A DNA stretch of 64,000 nucleotides from Alphaproteobacteria bacterium (GCA_009784235.1 WRCC01000001.1:177506-241505); one strand, 5' to 3'; positions 19,262 to 30,398 are shown, numbered from the stretch's first letter. The notes: generated by a model not told the origin, from the letters alone. Made by a program: numbers and translations.

Positions 19262-21928
19262 ATGTTGATGAAAATTGTGCGCAAAGTTGTTGGTAATGCA
19301 AATGACCGGATTGTTAAATCTTATGATAAAACTGTGTCGTTGATTAATGACTTGGAACAAAGATATCACGCCATGACAGATGAACAATTGCGCGGCGTGA
19401 CCGCGGAACTGCGCGCGAAATTGGCCGATGGTGCATCTGAAAAATCAATCCTGGGCGACGCATTTGCCGCAGTTCGCGCAGCATCCATTCGCACCACCGG
19501 CATGCGACATTTCAATGTCCAGATGATTGGCGGTATGGTTCTGAACAACGGCCAGATTTGCGAAATGAAAACCGGCGAAGGTAAAACACTGGTCGCAACT
19601 TTGGCGCTGTATTTAAAGGCTCTGCATGGCCGTGGTGCCCATTTGGTCACCGTTAATGACTATCTGGCCGCACGTGACGCAAAATGGATGGGCGTTATTT
19701 ACGAAGCATTGGGTATGAGCGTCGGCATTATTCAACACGAAATGACCGACGATGCGCGACGCGAAGCATATGCATGCGATATTACATACGTTACAAACTC
19801 TGAATTGGGTTTTGATTATCTGCGCGATAATATGAAATTTTCCAAAGAACAACAGGTTCTGCGTCCGTTTTTCTATGCCATCGTTGATGAAGTGGACAGC
19901 ATTTTAATCGACGAAGCACGTACGCCGCTGATTATATCCGGCCCGGCCGAAGATACCAGCGAACTGTACAATAAAATCGATACTATTGTTTTGCAATTGG
20001 GTGCGACCGATTGGAAAAAAGATGAAAAAGACCGCCATGTCACACTGACTGAAATCGGCACGGATACTGCGACCACTCTGTTGCGTGATGCCGGAATGCT
20101 GGTTGGCGATAACCTGTACGCGCCGGAAAATGCTGCGTTGGTTATGCATTTGCAACAATCTTTGTTGGCGCATCATTTATTCAAAAAAGAAGTCAATTAC
20201 GTTGTACGCGGCGGCGAAGTTTTAATTGTTGATGAATTCACCGGCCGCGTTATGACCGGTCGTCGTTTCAGCAAGGGATTGCACCAAGCATTGGAAGCCA
20301 AAGAGCACGTCGCAATTCAACCAGAAAATCAAACCGTATCGTCGATTTCGTATCAAAATTTGTTCCGCTTGTATCCGACATTATCGGGTATGACTGGAAC
20401 CGCAATGACCGAAGCCGCGGAATTCGAAGAAATTTATAGCCTGCGCGTTGTATCGATTCCAACGAACCGTCCCGTTGCACGTGTTGATCATCATGATGAA
20501 ATTTATCGTTCGAAATCTGAAAAATTTGCGGCGATTTTGGACGTTCTGCGCGATTGCCAAAAACGTGGCCAACCAGTCTTGGTCGGCACAGTATCGATTG
20601 AAAAATCCGAAGAACTGGCCGAAGTTGTGGAAAAAGAATTAAAAATTAAACCCGCTGTACTTAACGCAAAACATCACCAGAACGAAGCAAAAATTGTTGC
20701 CCAAGCCGGTGCACCCGGCGCGGTTACAATCGCAACAAACATGGCTGGCCGCGGAACAGATATTAAATTGGGTGGTAATGCAGAGGCATTGATTGATGAA
20801 TTAGATAAAGAATTATCAGCATCAGATTTGGATGCCCGTAAAAAAGAAATTTATGAAAAAATCGAGGCCGATAAAATCAAAGTTTTAAATGCTGGTGGAT
20901 TATACGTCATCGGTACCGAACGTCATGAATCCCGGCGCATCGATAACCAATTGCGCGGACGCAGCGGACGTCAAGGCGACCCTGGTGATTCGAAATTCTT
21001 TCTGGCGCTGGATGATGATTTGATGCGTATTTTTGGCGCAGCAAGGTTGGATGGCATGTTGGCGACACTTGGCCTGAAATCTGGCGAAGCAATCATGCAT
21101 CCGTGGATTACCAAAGCATTGGAAAAAGCGCAAAAACGCGTCGAAGCGCGATACTTTGAATCGCGTAAAGAACTGTTGAAATACGATAACGTTATGAATG
21201 AACAGCGTGTCGTTGTTTATAAACAGCGTAACGATTTGATGACGGCTGATAACCTGCGCCCATTCGCCGAAGAAATTATGAACGATGTTGTTGAACAAAT
21301 CTGCGAAATAAATATTCCAGAAAAATCACATCCGGATGCATGGAACATGACGGGCATCCATGATGCAATGCTGCGCACTTTCGGTGTGGATATTACCGAT
21401 TTGGACGATTGGAAGAAAGATGAAAACATCAGCGAGCGCAAGGCTTTTGATGGCCTGATGCGATTGGCACGCCAGCGTTATGAATATCAATTAAATCGAT
21501 ATGGTCCAGAATTGATGTTGCAAGCCGAACGTCAAACCGCGCTGCATTCATTGGATGCATCTTGGCGCAAACATTTGGCGAATATGGATTTCTTGCAGAC
21601 TGGCATTGGATTGCGCGGATATGCACAAAAAAATCCATTGTATGAATACAAACGTGAGGCGTTCGAATTATTCCGTAATATGATGTATGGATTTAAACAG
21701 ATGGCGCTGACATATATATGTCGTATGGAATTATCGCGTGAAGAAATCGATGATATGAAGCATGAACACGAACAACGCGATGCATCATTGAACGCAGCAG
21801 CAACTGCTGGTAACGGCGACTGGACACCCGGTGGTAACCTGGCGCTGGCGGACAAGCCTGCACGAAACGATATATGCGGTTGCGGCAGCGGTAAAAAATA
21901 TAAACACTGTTGTGGGAAATTGAAATAA
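19262..21928 (+). CDS. secA: preprotein translocase ATPase SecA
   Basis: Canonical N-terminus MLMKIVRKVVGNANDRIVK. DEAD motor motifs (MKTGEGKT, VDEVDSILIDEARTPLIISG). C-terminal zinc finger CGCGSGKKYKHCCG. Start moved to ATG 19262 (track ORF began at an upstream alternative start). Confidence 0.9.
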   Translation: MLMKIVRKVVGNANDRIVKSYDKTVSLINDLEQRYHAMTDEQLRGVTAELRAKLADGASEKSILGDAFAAVRAASIRTTGMRHFNVQMIGGMVLNNGQICEMKTGEGKTLVATLALYLKALHGRGAHLVTVNDYLAARDAKWMGVIYEALGMSVGIIQHEMTDDARREAYACDITYVTNSELGFDYLRDNMKFSKEQQVLRPFFYAIVDEVDSILIDEARTPLIISGPAEDTSELYNKIDTIVLQLGATDWKKDEKDRHVTLTEIGTDTATTLLRDAGMLVGDNLYAPENAALVMHLQQSLLAHHLFKKEVNYVVRGGEVLIVDEFTGRVMTGRRFSKGLHQALEAKEHVAIQPENQTVSSISYQNLFRLYPTLSGMTGTAMTEAAEFEEIYSLRVVSIPTNRPVARVDHHDEIYRSKSEKFAAILDVLRDCQKRGQPVLVGTVSIEKSEELAEVVEKELKIKPAVLNAKHHQNEAKIVAQAGAPGAVTIATNMAGRGTDIKLGGNAEALIDELDKELSASDLDARKKEIYEKIEADKIKVLNAGGLYVIGTERHESRRIDNQLRGRSGRQGDPGDSKFFLALDDDLMRIFGAARLDGMLATLGLKSGEAIMHPWITKALEKAQKRVEARYFESRKELLKYDNVMNEQRVVVYKQRNDLMTADNLRPFAEEIMNDVVEQICEINIPEKSHPDAWNMTGIHDAMLRTFGVDITDLDDWKKDENISERKAFDGLMRLARQRYEYQLNRYGPELMLQAERQTALHSLDASWRKHLANMDFLQTGIGLRGYAQKNPLYEYKREAFELFRNMMYGFKQMALTYICRMELSREEIDDMKHEHEQRDASLNAAATAGNGDWTPGGNLALADKPARNDICGCGSGKKYKHCCGKLK

Positions 21929-21956
21929 AAAATACCGGGCAATGCCTGGTATTTTT

Positions 21957-23030
21957 TTATCGTCCACATTTTTGATGCGCAGCCAGAAGTGATGCAATGA
22001 CGCCGCCCAGCTTCTTTTTTGCATAGCGTGCCCTTCTTTTTTCGTTCAATGCCTCTCTATTATTTTTCAAATACTCTGCGTTTAATTCTCTAACTCTTTC
22101 TTTATTATCTTCGCGCCATTTTATATTCTTTTGTTTTACTTTTTCCAGATTTCTTAACCGATATTGCCGCGTGCTTTCCCGGGTTTTTTCTCGGTTGTTT
22201 TCGCGATAATTTTTGGTACTTTCTTTTATTCTATCCGGATATTTTTCACGATATAGTCGCGCGCTTTCTGTTATTTTGTCTGGATTCTTTGCACGATATT
22301 TTGCAGAACTTTTTCTGAATATTTCTGGGTTTTCATTGCGGTATTTTTCCTGTTTTTCTTTTATTGTTTCCCAATTCTTTTTACGATATCGCCGTGCACT
22401 TTCTTTTACTTTGTCCGGATGATTTGCACGATATCTTGCTTCATTTTCTTTTATTTTTTCTTTGTTCTTCTCGCGATATCTTGCATTGATTTCCTTTAAC
22501 CTTTCGCGATTATTTTCACGATATCTTGCGTTGTTCGCTTTTATTCTTTCGCGGTGTTTTTCGCGATAATTTGCATCACTTTCTTTTGATTTTTCTTTAT
22601 TTATGGCACGGTGTTTTTCCATCTCGGTCAATATTTTATCCAACAGCAATTCGGATGATGGTGCTATCTCGCGTGCAAAACGATGTTTTTTATATACCCG
22701 CCTGGCGAATTTTATTATCTGTGTCACAGCAAAAGGTAACCTTTTAGACAATAACAAACAAAAATCGTCGCTTATTGTTGCATCTTCGCAAAGAATATCA
22801 TAAAAGTCGCTTTCATTTATGATGTCATCCAATGATTCAGCTGTTAAAAAATCTTTGACACTTTTTTCATATGATGAATCCAATAAAAACCATTCCAGAA
22901 ATAAATCCGATAATGATGATACATTGCTTTTGGGGAATTCTAAATCGCCAACGAATACAGCATTTTTCAAAGCGCGCAAATCTGTAAATCCGCTTTGAAA
23001 TTCAGCAAAAGTTATATCATAAATTTTCAT
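21957..23030 (-). CDS. hypothetical protein with ~14 tandem 15-aa basic repeats (consensus a.YRe.N.EkIKE..)
   Basis: ~150-aa N-terminal domain then periodic repeats (ARYRENNRERLKEIN / ARYREKNKEKIKENE / ARYRANHPDKVKESA ...) from ~22030-22620. Start set at ATG 23030 because the upstream ATG 23063 lies inside a terminator hairpin (CCGACACATGTCGG). Confidence 0.6.
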   Translation of the reverse strand: MKIYDITFAEFQSGFTDLRALKNAVFVGDLEFPKSNVSSLSDLFLEWFLLDSSYEKSVKDFLTAESLDDIINESDFYDILCEDATISDDFCLLLSKRLPFAVTQIIKFARRVYKKHRFAREIAPSSELLLDKILTEMEKHRAINKEKSKESDANYREKHRERIKANNARYRENNRERLKEINARYREKNKEKIKENEARYRANHPDKVKESARRYRKKNWETIKEKQEKYRNENPEIFRKSSAKYRAKNPDKITESARLYREKYPDRIKESTKNYRENNREKTRESTRQYRLRNLEKVKQKNIKWREDNKERVRELNAEYLKNNREALNEKRRARYAKKKLGGVIASLLAAHQKCGR

Positions 23031-23073
23031 TAACAAATCTCTTTGAATAAAAAACCGACACATGTCGGATTTT

Positions 23074-23358
23074 TTATTTTACTTTTATTTTTTTGGTCAG
23101 TTTGGCAAATGGGTTTCCAATGCAATCATCAAACCATTTTACGACCATATCGCGGTGTTCGGTATCCAATGTGCCCACGGTCATTGCCGCTGCACCGGCT
23201 GATATTATCGCCGCTGTGACGAATAAAGGAGTCGAAATTATTTCCCCGACAAATCCGGTATTACGTATCAAAGTCAAAGCAATCGCGCAATGCACCATCG
23301 CACACGGTATTGCGAAAACTGTCCAGGCCTTTGCAAAATTTACCAGATTCCTGTGTTT
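23074..23358 (-). CDS. hypothetical small membrane protein
   Basis: Hydrophobic 95-113-aa ORF (two to three TM segments); start uncertain. Confidence 0.3.
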   Translation of the reverse strand, partial: KHRNLVNFAKAWTVFAIPCAMVHCAIALTLIRNTGFVGEIISTPLFVTAAIISAGAAAMTVGTLDTEHRDMVVKWFDDCIGNPFAKLTKKIKVK

Positions 23359-23481
23359 CATTGATAACAGTATATATACCCGCGTCAATTTCGTCAAGTT
23401 ATTTTTAGAGCACAATTTTTCAACAAATTTTTCCGATTTTTATCCTTGAACGGGGGCGGTTTTATTGGTATCTGTAACGGT

Positions 23482-26400
23482 ATGAATCAGTCGTTCGTAC
23501 ATCTTCGCGTGCATTCCAAATATTCCATCGGCGAAGGGACTCTGTACATTGATGCGAATGAAAAAAAAGACCCAAATCGCCAAACAATCGTCAAATTATG
23601 CAAAAAATTCGGCATGCCGGCATGCGCAATTACTGATACTAATCTGATGTCTGGTACGGCGGAATTCTCTGACGCCCTGCCCGGTGCGGGCATCCAACCA
23701 ATCGTCGGAATTGAAATCACGCTCAACCATCATGAATCCGCGGATGCGCGGCAATTGCGCACAGAATCTTTATCACGCATTGTATTACTGGCGCAAAATC
23801 ATGATGGATTTTTGAATTTGATGGCCTTGAATTCCGCGCAATATATGCGCGCCGAAAATCAACATTTGGGCCCATATATCACATTTGCAGAATTGGCCGC
23901 GCGCAGCAATGGCGTCATATGTTTGTCCGGTGCGCATGGCGGCCCGATTGGGCGTGCAATCTTGGAAAATCAAGACAAACTGGCCGCGGATTTTGCGCAT
24001 ACGTTTCTTGATATTTTCGGCAATCGTTTTTATATGGAAATCCAGCGTCACGGGCTGGACGCGGAAATCAAGACAGAGTCGGCATTCTTGAAATTGGCGC
24101 GTGATATGAATATTCCGATTGTCGCAACGAACGATGTATGCTTTGCCGGGCCGGAAAATTACGAAGCAGAAGACGCGCTGGCCGCCGTATTGCAGCAAAC
24201 GAAAATTATCGACCCAGAACGTGTTCGCAAAAATTCACAGCAGTATTTTAAATCACCGCATGAAATGGCGGAACTCTTTTTCGATTTACCCGAAGCAGTT
24301 GAAAACACCGTGCAGATTGCGCGACGTTGTGCATTCATGGTTGATACGCGTTCGGCGCCATTATTGCCCCGGTTTGGAAATGATTTCGAAACCGAATGCA
24401 AAATGCTGCGCGATGATGCACGTGCGGGTTTGACACGCCGCATGCATGATAATAAAATTTCTGACAGCGACCAAAAAAAATATTTTGAACAATTGGAATT
24501 CGAACTGGACGTCATTATTAATATGAAATTCCCAGGGTATTTTTTAATCGTTGCAGATTATATAAATTGGTGTCGTGCAAATGATATCTTGGTCGGGCCG
24601 GGGCGCGGTTCGGGCGCGGGGTCCATCGTTTCATGGGCATTGGGCATCACTAATGTCAATCCGATGGAATACGGATTGTTGTTTGAACGTTTTATGAATC
24701 CAGACCGAATTTCCATGCCGGATTTCGACGTGGATTTCGAACCGGACCAGATTCCGCGCATAATGGATTATATTTGCGGCAAATACGGCACGGACCATGT
24801 GTGCAAAATTATTACTTTCGGTTCATTGCAGGCGCGCGGTGCGATACGCGATATTGGGCGTGTATATGGGATGCCTTATTCCAAGACCGACCGGTTTGCA
24901 AAACTGATTCCGATAGAGGCAAAAAAAATATCCGACGCGATTTCGCGGTCAAATGAAATCCAAGAAGTTTTGGACAATGATGCTGATTTGAAAAAAGTAA
25001 TCGACGTGTCAATGGAAATCGAAGGCGCGTTTCGCAATCTGGGCCAGCATGCGTGCGGCGTCGTTATCGGCGACCGACCAACGACGCAAATTGCGCCGGT
25101 TTATCGCGACCCAGGAAATGAAATGGCTTCGTGCCAATTTGATGGAAAATATTTGGAATCTGTGGGCCTGATTAAATTCGATTTCTTAGGCCTGGAAACT
25201 TTGTCTGTATTAAAATATGCCGTAAAAATGATAAAAGAAAATCATGGAAAAAATATCGATTTGGATTTCATTCCGCTGGAAGACGACAAAACATTCGACG
25301 TAATTTGGCGGTCGGCAAAAACAATCGGCGTGTTCCAATATGATGGTTCCGCATTGCCGTTTCTGCGCACGATGAAGCCGACAAAATTCGAACATATTGT
25401 CGCACTGAACGCGCTGAACCGCCCGGGACCCATGGCGTACATCCCACAGTACATCGCACGCATGCATGGCGATGAACCCGTAAAATATCCGCATCCGTTG
25501 GCCGAAGACATTCTGGGCGAAACATTTGGAATCATTGTGTATCAAGAACAGGTGATGCAATTGTCGCGCGCGCTGGCCGGATTTACGCGCGGCGAATCGG
25601 ACACACTGCGCAAGGGCATGGGTAAAAAAATCAAAGAAGTTATGGACAAGATGCGCGTCAAATTTGTTGATGGATGCGTTGTTCAAGGAACGCTTTCGCA
25701 CGACGCGGCCGAAGATATGTACGGGCAATTTGTTAAATTCGCAGAATACGCATTCAATAAATCGCACAGCGTCGCCTATTCCGTCATCGCATCGCAATGC
25801 GCGTATATCAAGGCACATTATCCGGCCGAATTCTTGGCCGCATCAATGTCCAGCAACATGGGCAATTCGGACCAATTATCGATTTTTATGGACGACGCGC
25901 GGAATAATTTTGGCATCGAAATTGTGCCGCCGGATGTTAATAATTCCGAATCTCTATTCACTGTACGCGGCGGAAAAATCATATTCGCATTGGCCGCAAT
26001 CAAAGGTGTCGGGCGTGCCGCAACCGACCAGATTGTCAGCGAGCGGCAAGCGAATGGCACATTCAAAAATATTACGGATTTTGCGAAAAGATGTGCGCCG
26101 TTTATTAACAAACGCGTATTGGAATCGTTCGCCAAAGTCGGCGCGTTCGATTCAATATCGCCAAACCGTGCACAGATTTTTATGAATACCGATTTGATAA
26201 TGAACTTTGCATCCGGGTCGAAAAATTCCGCGAATTCATTGTCGCTGTTCGAAGATACGTCAATGAATGATGTCATCGAAAACCGGCTGCAAAAAAATAT
26301 GACAAAGGTCGCGCCATGGTCGTTCGGTGAACAACTGACACACGAACATTCGGTGCTGGGATACTATATTTCCGCGCATCCGATTGACCAGTATAAAAAT

Positions 26401-26928
26401 TTAATCGCGCGCGAGCGATTAACTACATCCGTGACATTGCAGAAAAAACGCGACCGTGAAACGGTCCAGATGGCGGTCAGCGTGAATTCATTCAAGCGCC
26501 GCATGACACGCGCCGGAAAAATGATGTGCAGCATCGTCGCATCTGACAACCACGGCAATATCGACGCAGTCGCGTTCGGCGATTCCGTTCCGGCGATTGC
26601 GGGAATGCTGGCCAATGAATCTTTGGTTTTGCTTTCGGGGCGCGTCGCGACGCGTGATGATTCCATGTCGCTGTTTGTAGATAGTGTACAGCCATTGGCC
26701 AATTGGATTGCGGGCGCGGCGAAAAAATTAACGCTGGATATTTATCGCCAGGAAGTTTTGGCGGACGTCAAAAAAACCTTGGACGGATTGCGCCCAGGCA
26801 ACACGAAAATATTAATAAATATCCATGGTGAAAAATCCGTATCGCTTGCCCTGCCCAGGTCGGTCGCTTTATCCCCCACCATCGGCGCGGATATGAACGC
26901 ATTGGGTGTGAAAGCAGTTATTGAGTAA
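23482..26928 (+). CDS. dnaE: DNA polymerase III alpha subunit
   Basis: PHP domain start FVHLRVHSKYSIGEGT, polymerase core and OB-fold; ~1148 aa from ATG 23482. Confidence 0.9.
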   Translation: MNQSFVHLRVHSKYSIGEGTLYIDANEKKDPNRQTIVKLCKKFGMPACAITDTNLMSGTAEFSDALPGAGIQPIVGIEITLNHHESADARQLRTESLSRIVLLAQNHDGFLNLMALNSAQYMRAENQHLGPYITFAELAARSNGVICLSGAHGGPIGRAILENQDKLAADFAHTFLDIFGNRFYMEIQRHGLDAEIKTESAFLKLARDMNIPIVATNDVCFAGPENYEAEDALAAVLQQTKIIDPERVRKNSQQYFKSPHEMAELFFDLPEAVENTVQIARRCAFMVDTRSAPLLPRFGNDFETECKMLRDDARAGLTRRMHDNKISDSDQKKYFEQLEFELDVIINMKFPGYFLIVADYINWCRANDILVGPGRGSGAGSIVSWALGITNVNPMEYGLLFERFMNPDRISMPDFDVDFEPDQIPRIMDYICGKYGTDHVCKIITFGSLQARGAIRDIGRVYGMPYSKTDRFAKLIPIEAKKISDAISRSNEIQEVLDNDADLKKVIDVSMEIEGAFRNLGQHACGVVIGDRPTTQIAPVYRDPGNEMASCQFDGKYLESVGLIKFDFLGLETLSVLKYAVKMIKENHGKNIDLDFIPLEDDKTFDVIWRSAKTIGVFQYDGSALPFLRTMKPTKFEHIVALNALNRPGPMAYIPQYIARMHGDEPVKYPHPLAEDILGETFGIIVYQEQVMQLSRALAGFTRGESDTLRKGMGKKIKEVMDKMRVKFVDGCVVQGTLSHDAAEDMYGQFVKFAEYAFNKSHSVAYSVIASQCAYIKAHYPAEFLAASMSSNMGNSDQLSIFMDDARNNFGIEIVPPDVNNSESLFTVRGGKIIFALAAIKGVGRAATDQIVSERQANGTFKNITDFAKRCAPFINKRVLESFAKVGAFDSISPNRAQIFMNTDLIMNFASGSKNSANSLSLFEDTSMNDVIENRLQKNMTKVAPWSFGEQLTHEHSVLGYYISAHPIDQYKNLIARERLTTSVTLQKKRDRETVQMAVSVNSFKRRMTRAGKMMCSIVASDNHGNIDAVAFGDSVPAIAGMLANESLVLLSGRVATRDDSMSLFVDSVQPLANWIAGAAKKLTLDIYRQEVLADVKKTLDGLRPGNTKILINIHGEKSVSLALPRSVALSPTIGADMNALGVKAVIE

Positions 26929-26959
26929 AAAAAAGGGTGCATATTTGCACTCTTTTATT

Positions 26960-28045
26960 TTATTGACCCAACACACATTCACGGTAATCAGAAACATTAA
27001 ATTCCATCCAGCATGGCGTAGAATTCGCAGGTGCGGATGAACGTCCCAATCCAAAACGCAATTCAATGTTTGATAATTGGCGTGCGGTGCGGCACGTCGC
27101 ACCGTCGAATATCTGGCCCGTCGCACAGTGGTGGCATACGCCGGTTGCGGTCGATACGCCGGAACCGTTGCCGGTGCACGGCGCGCAAGTTTCATCGTTT
27201 GCGGATGGGAATCCCTGGCCAGCCGGGCATCGCAGCGGGGCGGCGGTTGTGGAACTGCTGCATACGGCCGGGTTTATGGGTTCGCAGTCATCATTGCCTT
27301 TGGGCTTGAAGCCTTCTTTGCAAACCAATATTTCCTTGCCGTTCGGCGCCCACCACAATGTTGCGGTTGATGTCTGGTCGGGCCAATTCCAACGTTCCGC
27401 GCGCACAATCATCTGTTGCGCAAACGCGCCGTTGCCGCTGGGCAGCCATCTGGATATCGCCAATACCATGTCGTGTTCTTCGCGCACATTTCCGCCGCAT
27501 CTGTGGTATTTGTCCCATTCAAACATCATAACTTCGTGTTCAACGGATTTTGCATTGCCGGCAGTGTTAAATTCTGCGCCGCGAAAAGCATCCCTGTTAA
27601 ATGACCGGGTATCACACGGGTCCCCGTCCCTTGGCCTTTGGCACAACCAAAAGCAACTTTGGAAATTTCCGGCCGGTTCGTAATATACGGTCCAGGCATG
27701 ACTGCGCTTTTTGTTTGCCGCCTGGATTTGAGTCGCGCAGAAATGCGCGCAATCCGCGTTCGCATCGCGTGCAATAACCATCAGCATCGCCATCTGGCTG
27801 GATTGCGTGCCGCGGTTTTTCTGGTCGTTCGGTCCCCGCGCACCGTTGTTGTTACAGTTTCCACCGTCACTCATCCCCCATGTCCCAACACAGGTATCGC
27901 CGATGCTGTGGGCTTTGCAGCTATCCATCGTTGCGCCGCCACGCCAGGCATTCCGGACGCTGTTATCCAATTTACGCCCGGCGGCATCAGCAGTCGCGAC
28001 AGTCGCGAAGATTAATGCAACAAAAAGTCCGACTTTATAAAACAT
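26960..28045 (-). CDS. secreted Cys-rich hypothetical protein (second gene of the pair)
   Basis: Signal peptide MFYKVGLFVALIFATVATADA; many paired Cys, W-rich middle, C-terminal CxxC/CHHC cluster. Start overlaps the stop of the upstream gene, suggesting translational coupling. Confidence 0.55.
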   Translation of the reverse strand: MFYKVGLFVALIFATVATADAAGRKLDNSVRNAWRGGATMDSCKAHSIGDTCVGTWGMSDGGNCNNNGARGPNDQKNRGTQSSQMAMLMVIARDANADCAHFCATQIQAANKKRSHAWTVYYEPAGNFQSCFWLCQRPRDGDPCDTRSFNRDAFRGAEFNTAGNAKSVEHEVMMFEWDKYHRCGGNVREEHDMVLAISRWLPSGNGAFAQQMIVRAERWNWPDQTSTATLWWAPNGKEILVCKEGFKPKGNDDCEPINPAVCSSSTTAAPLRCPAGQGFPSANDETCAPCTGNGSGVSTATGVCHHCATGQIFDGATCRTARQLSNIELRFGLGRSSAPANSTPCWMEFNVSDYRECVLGQ

Positions 28046-30323
28046 GGCAAATCCCATTCAGATAGTATCCGTTCAACCAACCTTCGCATCTGTTTCTGTA
28101 CCAATTTTCAGACAATACGCATTGTTGCGCCGATGCGTCCCAACGTGCGCCGGAATCTGCGGACGCGTCCGCCATAATTTCGCATTGGATGCGCGCAGAA
28201 TTTTCAACGCACACGCCCCATGCTTGCGGTCGGCCGCCGAACATTGTCGCGAATGCGGAAACTTCGCGGTCATCGCCAGACACGCGCGATGCGTCCATCC
28301 ATGCGCCGGATAATTCCGTGCATGCTTCGCCCATTTGATAATCCAAGCCTTCGTTAATATTTCGCATTATTTCGTCGATTATCGCGGATGTGCCGGCGTC
28401 CATGGCTTCGCCCGGGACCAGGCATGCAGTCTGGGCATAAGCATTCATCGCAGTACGTATTTCAACCGATGTGCGCAAACGACATCCCCATGGCCAGCCG
28501 CGCGCATCGCCGGTCGCAGCACGACAGAAATCTTGTGAATATGCTTCCATTGCCGCGCGGCATCCGGTTTGGATTCGATTGGTGTCAACCGCGTTTATAA
28601 AGCTGATTAACATTGTCGCACCGCAAGTATCTGCATTAGTAAAGCGTCCCTGGGCATCCCATGTACATGTATCACAGCGCATGCCTGGCGTGCAATACAG
28701 CGATGCACACGCGGCAACACGTTCTGCACAAACTGCCTTGGTCGCGCGGGCGGCAATTGCACCGGTTGCGACCGCAGTATCTTCGCCGAACGAATTCATC
28801 GCACCCGTTTGACGGTCGTAACATTCAGAAATGGTTGTGATACATGAATCTTTGACTTCTTGGATAAGGCGGTCTTGGGCTTGGGCGATTTCGATTATTG
28901 CTTGTTCCCTGAATGCGTTCCAGACGGCATTCGCATCATCGCGACATGAATCCAGCGCGGGTTGTGCACGATTACGACGCGCATCCAGTTCGCGCAAGAA
29001 TACTTGCGTGCCCGGTGCAGACATATTGCCCATCACTGCATTGCCGGACAGATTTAATTGGTCGCCCAGGCGGAAAAAGTTCGGTGTTAATATTGGTTCG
29101 CCCGTTGTTGGACTGACATACGAACCCGTAAAGTCCAAACAGCGACGCCATCCGGCGCCACATGCGGCATCCGACAGCATCGCCGCACGCACGTTGGTCA
29201 AGCATGCGTTGAAATCCGCCGAATTATGGTCGCGATATTCTTGCAAACGCGCCTGGCGCAACAAATTTGTAACTTCGCGCACTTTCTGCATAACCAGTTC
29301 GCGGTTCGCGTTGACTTTTTTTTCATATGCGTTGCAATCGTTCGTAATCATAATGCCATACGCGCTGCGCACCATGGTCATGGTGTTTTGGTCTTCGCAT
29401 ACCGTGCGCGTCATATCGGTGCATTGGCGGTTGACTTCGTTATAAAGCGCAACGCCTTCTAGTCCCACCATTCGGTCCGCAGATTGCATATTCGTATCTG
29501 CCCAAATATCATCCAACGCAAAACGAATATCATCACCCAGAAGTCCCAAACCGCGCGACTGGGCCGCAACGGGCGCATTACCGGATAACATGTTTGTGAT
29601 TTCATCCAATTTTCGCGATGCTTCGGAAACATCGCCGCGCTTTAATACGCGTTCGCCCGCGGTTGCGGTGTACATTGCCGTTGCTTCGGCAGCAGACAAT
29701 TCAACAACGTTTAATTCGTTATCGACAAAATCTTGCAATGCGATGCGTGCGCGGTCCAAATTGGCTTCGGTTGCGCTGAATTCTTTGAATCGGTCGGAAC
29801 ATATGCACCGGCGAAAAGTATCGTTCGCTGCGCCACAGAATTGGTCCATGCAAGTCGAAAATCCTTCGCGGCATGCAGAATATCCAGCGCCCATTCGCGA
29901 CATATCGGTAAATAATGCGGTTGGCGCGCGCGCCGCACCAGCGGCGGCACGGGAAATATTTGCAGCATCACGAACCATCGGCGTGGCGCCGCTGCGTGCG
30001 GCGGTTATGCCCGCAGGCGCGGATGATGCGGCACGCGAACGATTAATACCGGGCGCGGTTACGGGCGCAGTGGCAGCATTTCGGGCAACACGTGCTTGGG
30101 TAGTAACGGTGCGAATATTTGGAACAGTTGCTTCGATTGCGCTGCGCGCGGTTGTGGCGCGTTCGGGTGTTGCAGTGGCCGTACGCGCGGATGTTTGTGC
30201 GGAAACGGGACGCGTCGCAGCAACATCAGACCCGCCGCGCGGATTAATCGGCGGTGCAGCAAAAACGCTGGATGCGAATAAAACCGCCGTCAAAAATGGG
30301 ATAATCCGCTTCATTCTTTGCAT
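28035..30323 (-). CDS. secreted Cys-rich hypothetical protein (~760 aa) with Ala/Thr/Arg-rich low-complexity N-terminal region
   Basis: Signal peptide MQRMKRIIPFLTAVLFASSVFA; long helical Cys-paired body. Track ORF extended upstream through the palindromic element at 30378-30398; start reassigned to ATG 30323. Confidence 0.55.
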   Translation of the reverse strand: MQRMKRIIPFLTAVLFASSVFAAPPINPRGGSDVAATRPVSAQTSARTATATPERATTARSAIEATVPNIRTVTTQARVARNAATAPVTAPGINRSRAASSAPAGITAARSGATPMVRDAANISRAAAGAARAPTALFTDMSRMGAGYSACREGFSTCMDQFCGAANDTFRRCICSDRFKEFSATEANLDRARIALQDFVDNELNVVELSAAEATAMYTATAGERVLKRGDVSEASRKLDEITNMLSGNAPVAAQSRGLGLLGDDIRFALDDIWADTNMQSADRMVGLEGVALYNEVNRQCTDMTRTVCEDQNTMTMVRSAYGIMITNDCNAYEKKVNANRELVMQKVREVTNLLRQARLQEYRDHNSADFNACLTNVRAAMLSDAACGAGWRRCLDFTGSYVSPTTGEPILTPNFFRLGDQLNLSGNAVMGNMSAPGTQVFLRELDARRNRAQPALDSCRDDANAVWNAFREQAIIEIAQAQDRLIQEVKDSCITTISECYDRQTGAMNSFGEDTAVATGAIAARATKAVCAERVAACASLYCTPGMRCDTCTWDAQGRFTNADTCGATMLISFINAVDTNRIQTGCRAAMEAYSQDFCRAATGDARGWPWGCRLRTSVEIRTAMNAYAQTACLVPGEAMDAGTSAIIDEIMRNINEGLDYQMGEACTELSGAWMDASRVSGDDREVSAFATMFGGRPQAWGVCVENSARIQCEIMADASADSGARWDASAQQCVLSENWYRNRCEGWLNGYYLNGICHVL

Positions 30324-30377
30324 TGTATCAATTCTGTGAATTTTGGGCAAGAGGAAATAATAACAAACGAATAAAAT

Positions 30378-30398
30378 GGGGCGCATATTTGCGCCCCC
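30378..30398. repeat. palindromic element, short form (GGGGCGCATATTTGCGCCCCC); intergenic terminator-like
   Basis: Perfect GGGGCGCA/TGCGCCCC inverted repeat; member of the family seen at 33389, 40306, 41565, 49992, 54092, 60606. Confidence 0.8.

Noticed and set aside
22030-22620. Regular ~45-nt periodicity that could suggest a CRISPR array
   Set aside because: The repeats are in-frame codons of a protein (15-aa repeats), imperfect, without spacer/repeat alternation or cas genes.
23031-23063. Upstream ATG start of the repeat-protein gene
   Set aside because: It lies inside a terminator-like hairpin (CCGACACATGTCGG + T-run) belonging to the convergent intergenic region; ATG 23030 chosen.
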